Positions 62,747 through 64,000 of a DNA stretch of 64,000 bases are shown here, piece after piece. Below the pieces are notes generated by a model. The model was not told the origin of the DNA and made no database searches. It saw nothing but the letters and a program-made list of their open reading frames with translations. The translations under genes and the position numbers were made by a program. How positions within the stretch are numbered: the stretch's first letter is position 1; each line of letters begins with the position of its first letter. Source of the DNA: Azolla caroliniana (lineage: Eukaryota; Plantae; Polypodiophyta). The stretch spans positions 13,578,001 to 13,642,000 of the forward strand of contig JBHGNT010000002.1 of the NCBI GenBank assembly GCA_043228905.1, read 5' to 3'.

Positions 62747-64000
62747 TGTTAAGAATCAAGCTCAACGGTCAAGAGTCACCATTATGTCACCACTTTGTAT
62801 TCTAGCATTTAGTATGAGTCATAGAATCATATTCTATGGCACATAACTTATGAGCTTTCACATTCCCCATGCTCCATGAGCCTTGTAGTTAATGAAGAGA
62901 GAGGGTGACTACATAAAGCACCCTCCTCCCACCTTGTATAGCGTTGAGTCTTTCTCCTTTGTCAATATACTTTTACCTTGCGTATTCTCTGTGTTTCACT
63001 CTCTCTCTCTCTCTCTTACACACACACATAACTCACATCTCTTTCGCTACACAAGAATCCATCTCTTGATTCTTTACATGGTATCAGAGCGATTTGGTAG
63101 CTCGATCTAGCCGATTCGCCTCATCGTGATCGTGTATTGTGCTCTACGCCGACGACCAAGAACCGGCTCATCGCTATCGTAGCTTCGCTACATAGCTCGC
63201 ATTCGAAGAGAGAAGAAGAAGAAGAAGAATCGACATAATGAATACTCAAATGGGGAGCGCTCTCCCTACTGAGAAGTTGGATCGAAACAACTTCGCATCT
63301 TGGGAGTACAAGATGCACCAATACCTTGTCGGACAAGACTATTGGAGCTACATCAAAGGAGCGCAGGAAGACTGACCCGCCGAAGCGGCTCCCGGATACG
63401 CGACATGGGAGCAAGCCGCAAGCCGCGTGATGTATTGTTTGGTGACATGTGTTCACGACCACATGCTCGGTTACATTCAAGAAGCCAAGACGCCGAAGCA
63501 AGCGTGGGAAAATCTACGAAAGATTTTCGCCGCCAACACGACCGCGAGGAAGCTTCAACTCCGCCAAGAGTTGAACAACATTCAACAAAGGGACATGTCC
63601 ATCACGACATACACCTTGAAAATCAAGGAGCTTTGCGACTCGCTTGGCTCAATAAGCGTAAGTATAGATGATGATGAAATGGTGCAAATATGCCTCGGCG
63701 GCCTCGCACCACGGTTCGGCGCGATGCGAACCGTCGTTCTAGCACGGGAGAAATCTCCCTCCTTCTTCGAGCTCCAATCCATGCTATTGTTCGAAGAAAA
63801 CCACATGCGTACAAGGAGCAATGAGTCGGAAGTCCACATGCTCTACACGCACTCTAATGGAGGAAGAGGACGCGGACGAGCGAGAGGCCGATTTGGCCAA
63901 GGACAATGCGGACGAGGTTCCACCTACGACAACAACTCCCAATTTCGGCCGCAAAACGGAGGCCAACGAGGAACCTTCGCAAGAAGGGGGAGCTTCCACT
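62747..64000 (+). mobile_element. Copia family A 5' end (LTR, PBS, gag), running off the window
   Basis: LTR 62747-63078, PBS 63079-63090, gag ATG at 63238 with an in-frame TGA at about 63373. Homologous to element 3 gag. Confidence 0.9.

Overview
A plant genomic window made almost entirely of nested retrotransposons. I recognised no host gene. The element types suggest a seed-free plant such as a fern (inference). Left to right: (1) a young Ty3/gypsy element (192-7820; tRNA-Trp PBS, 4-bp TSD) inserted in the 3' end of a LINE; (2) a degenerate LINE relic and an RTEX-like LINE fragment inside a microsatellite; (3) several related decayed Ty1/copia copies (called family A here), one hosting a solo LTR and a full chromovirus; (4) a hAT-type MITE and a solo LTR; (5) a decayed Tnt1/Tork-like copia; (6) a gag-only relative of element 1 nested in a copia; (7) an old AT-rich copia relic; (8) an intact Tnt1/Tork-like copia (56616-62144) nested in a chromovirus; (9) the start of another family-A copia. 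The most unusual signals are: three tRNA-like Pol III cassettes and an RY-motif cluster inside the gypsy LTR, a classic -1 frameshift cassette between Gag-protease and RT, a conserved stem enclosing the PPT/LTR junction in family-A copias, and a C-terminal pol extension beyond an ancestral PPT. All coordinates were read by eye, and lineage names need a database check.
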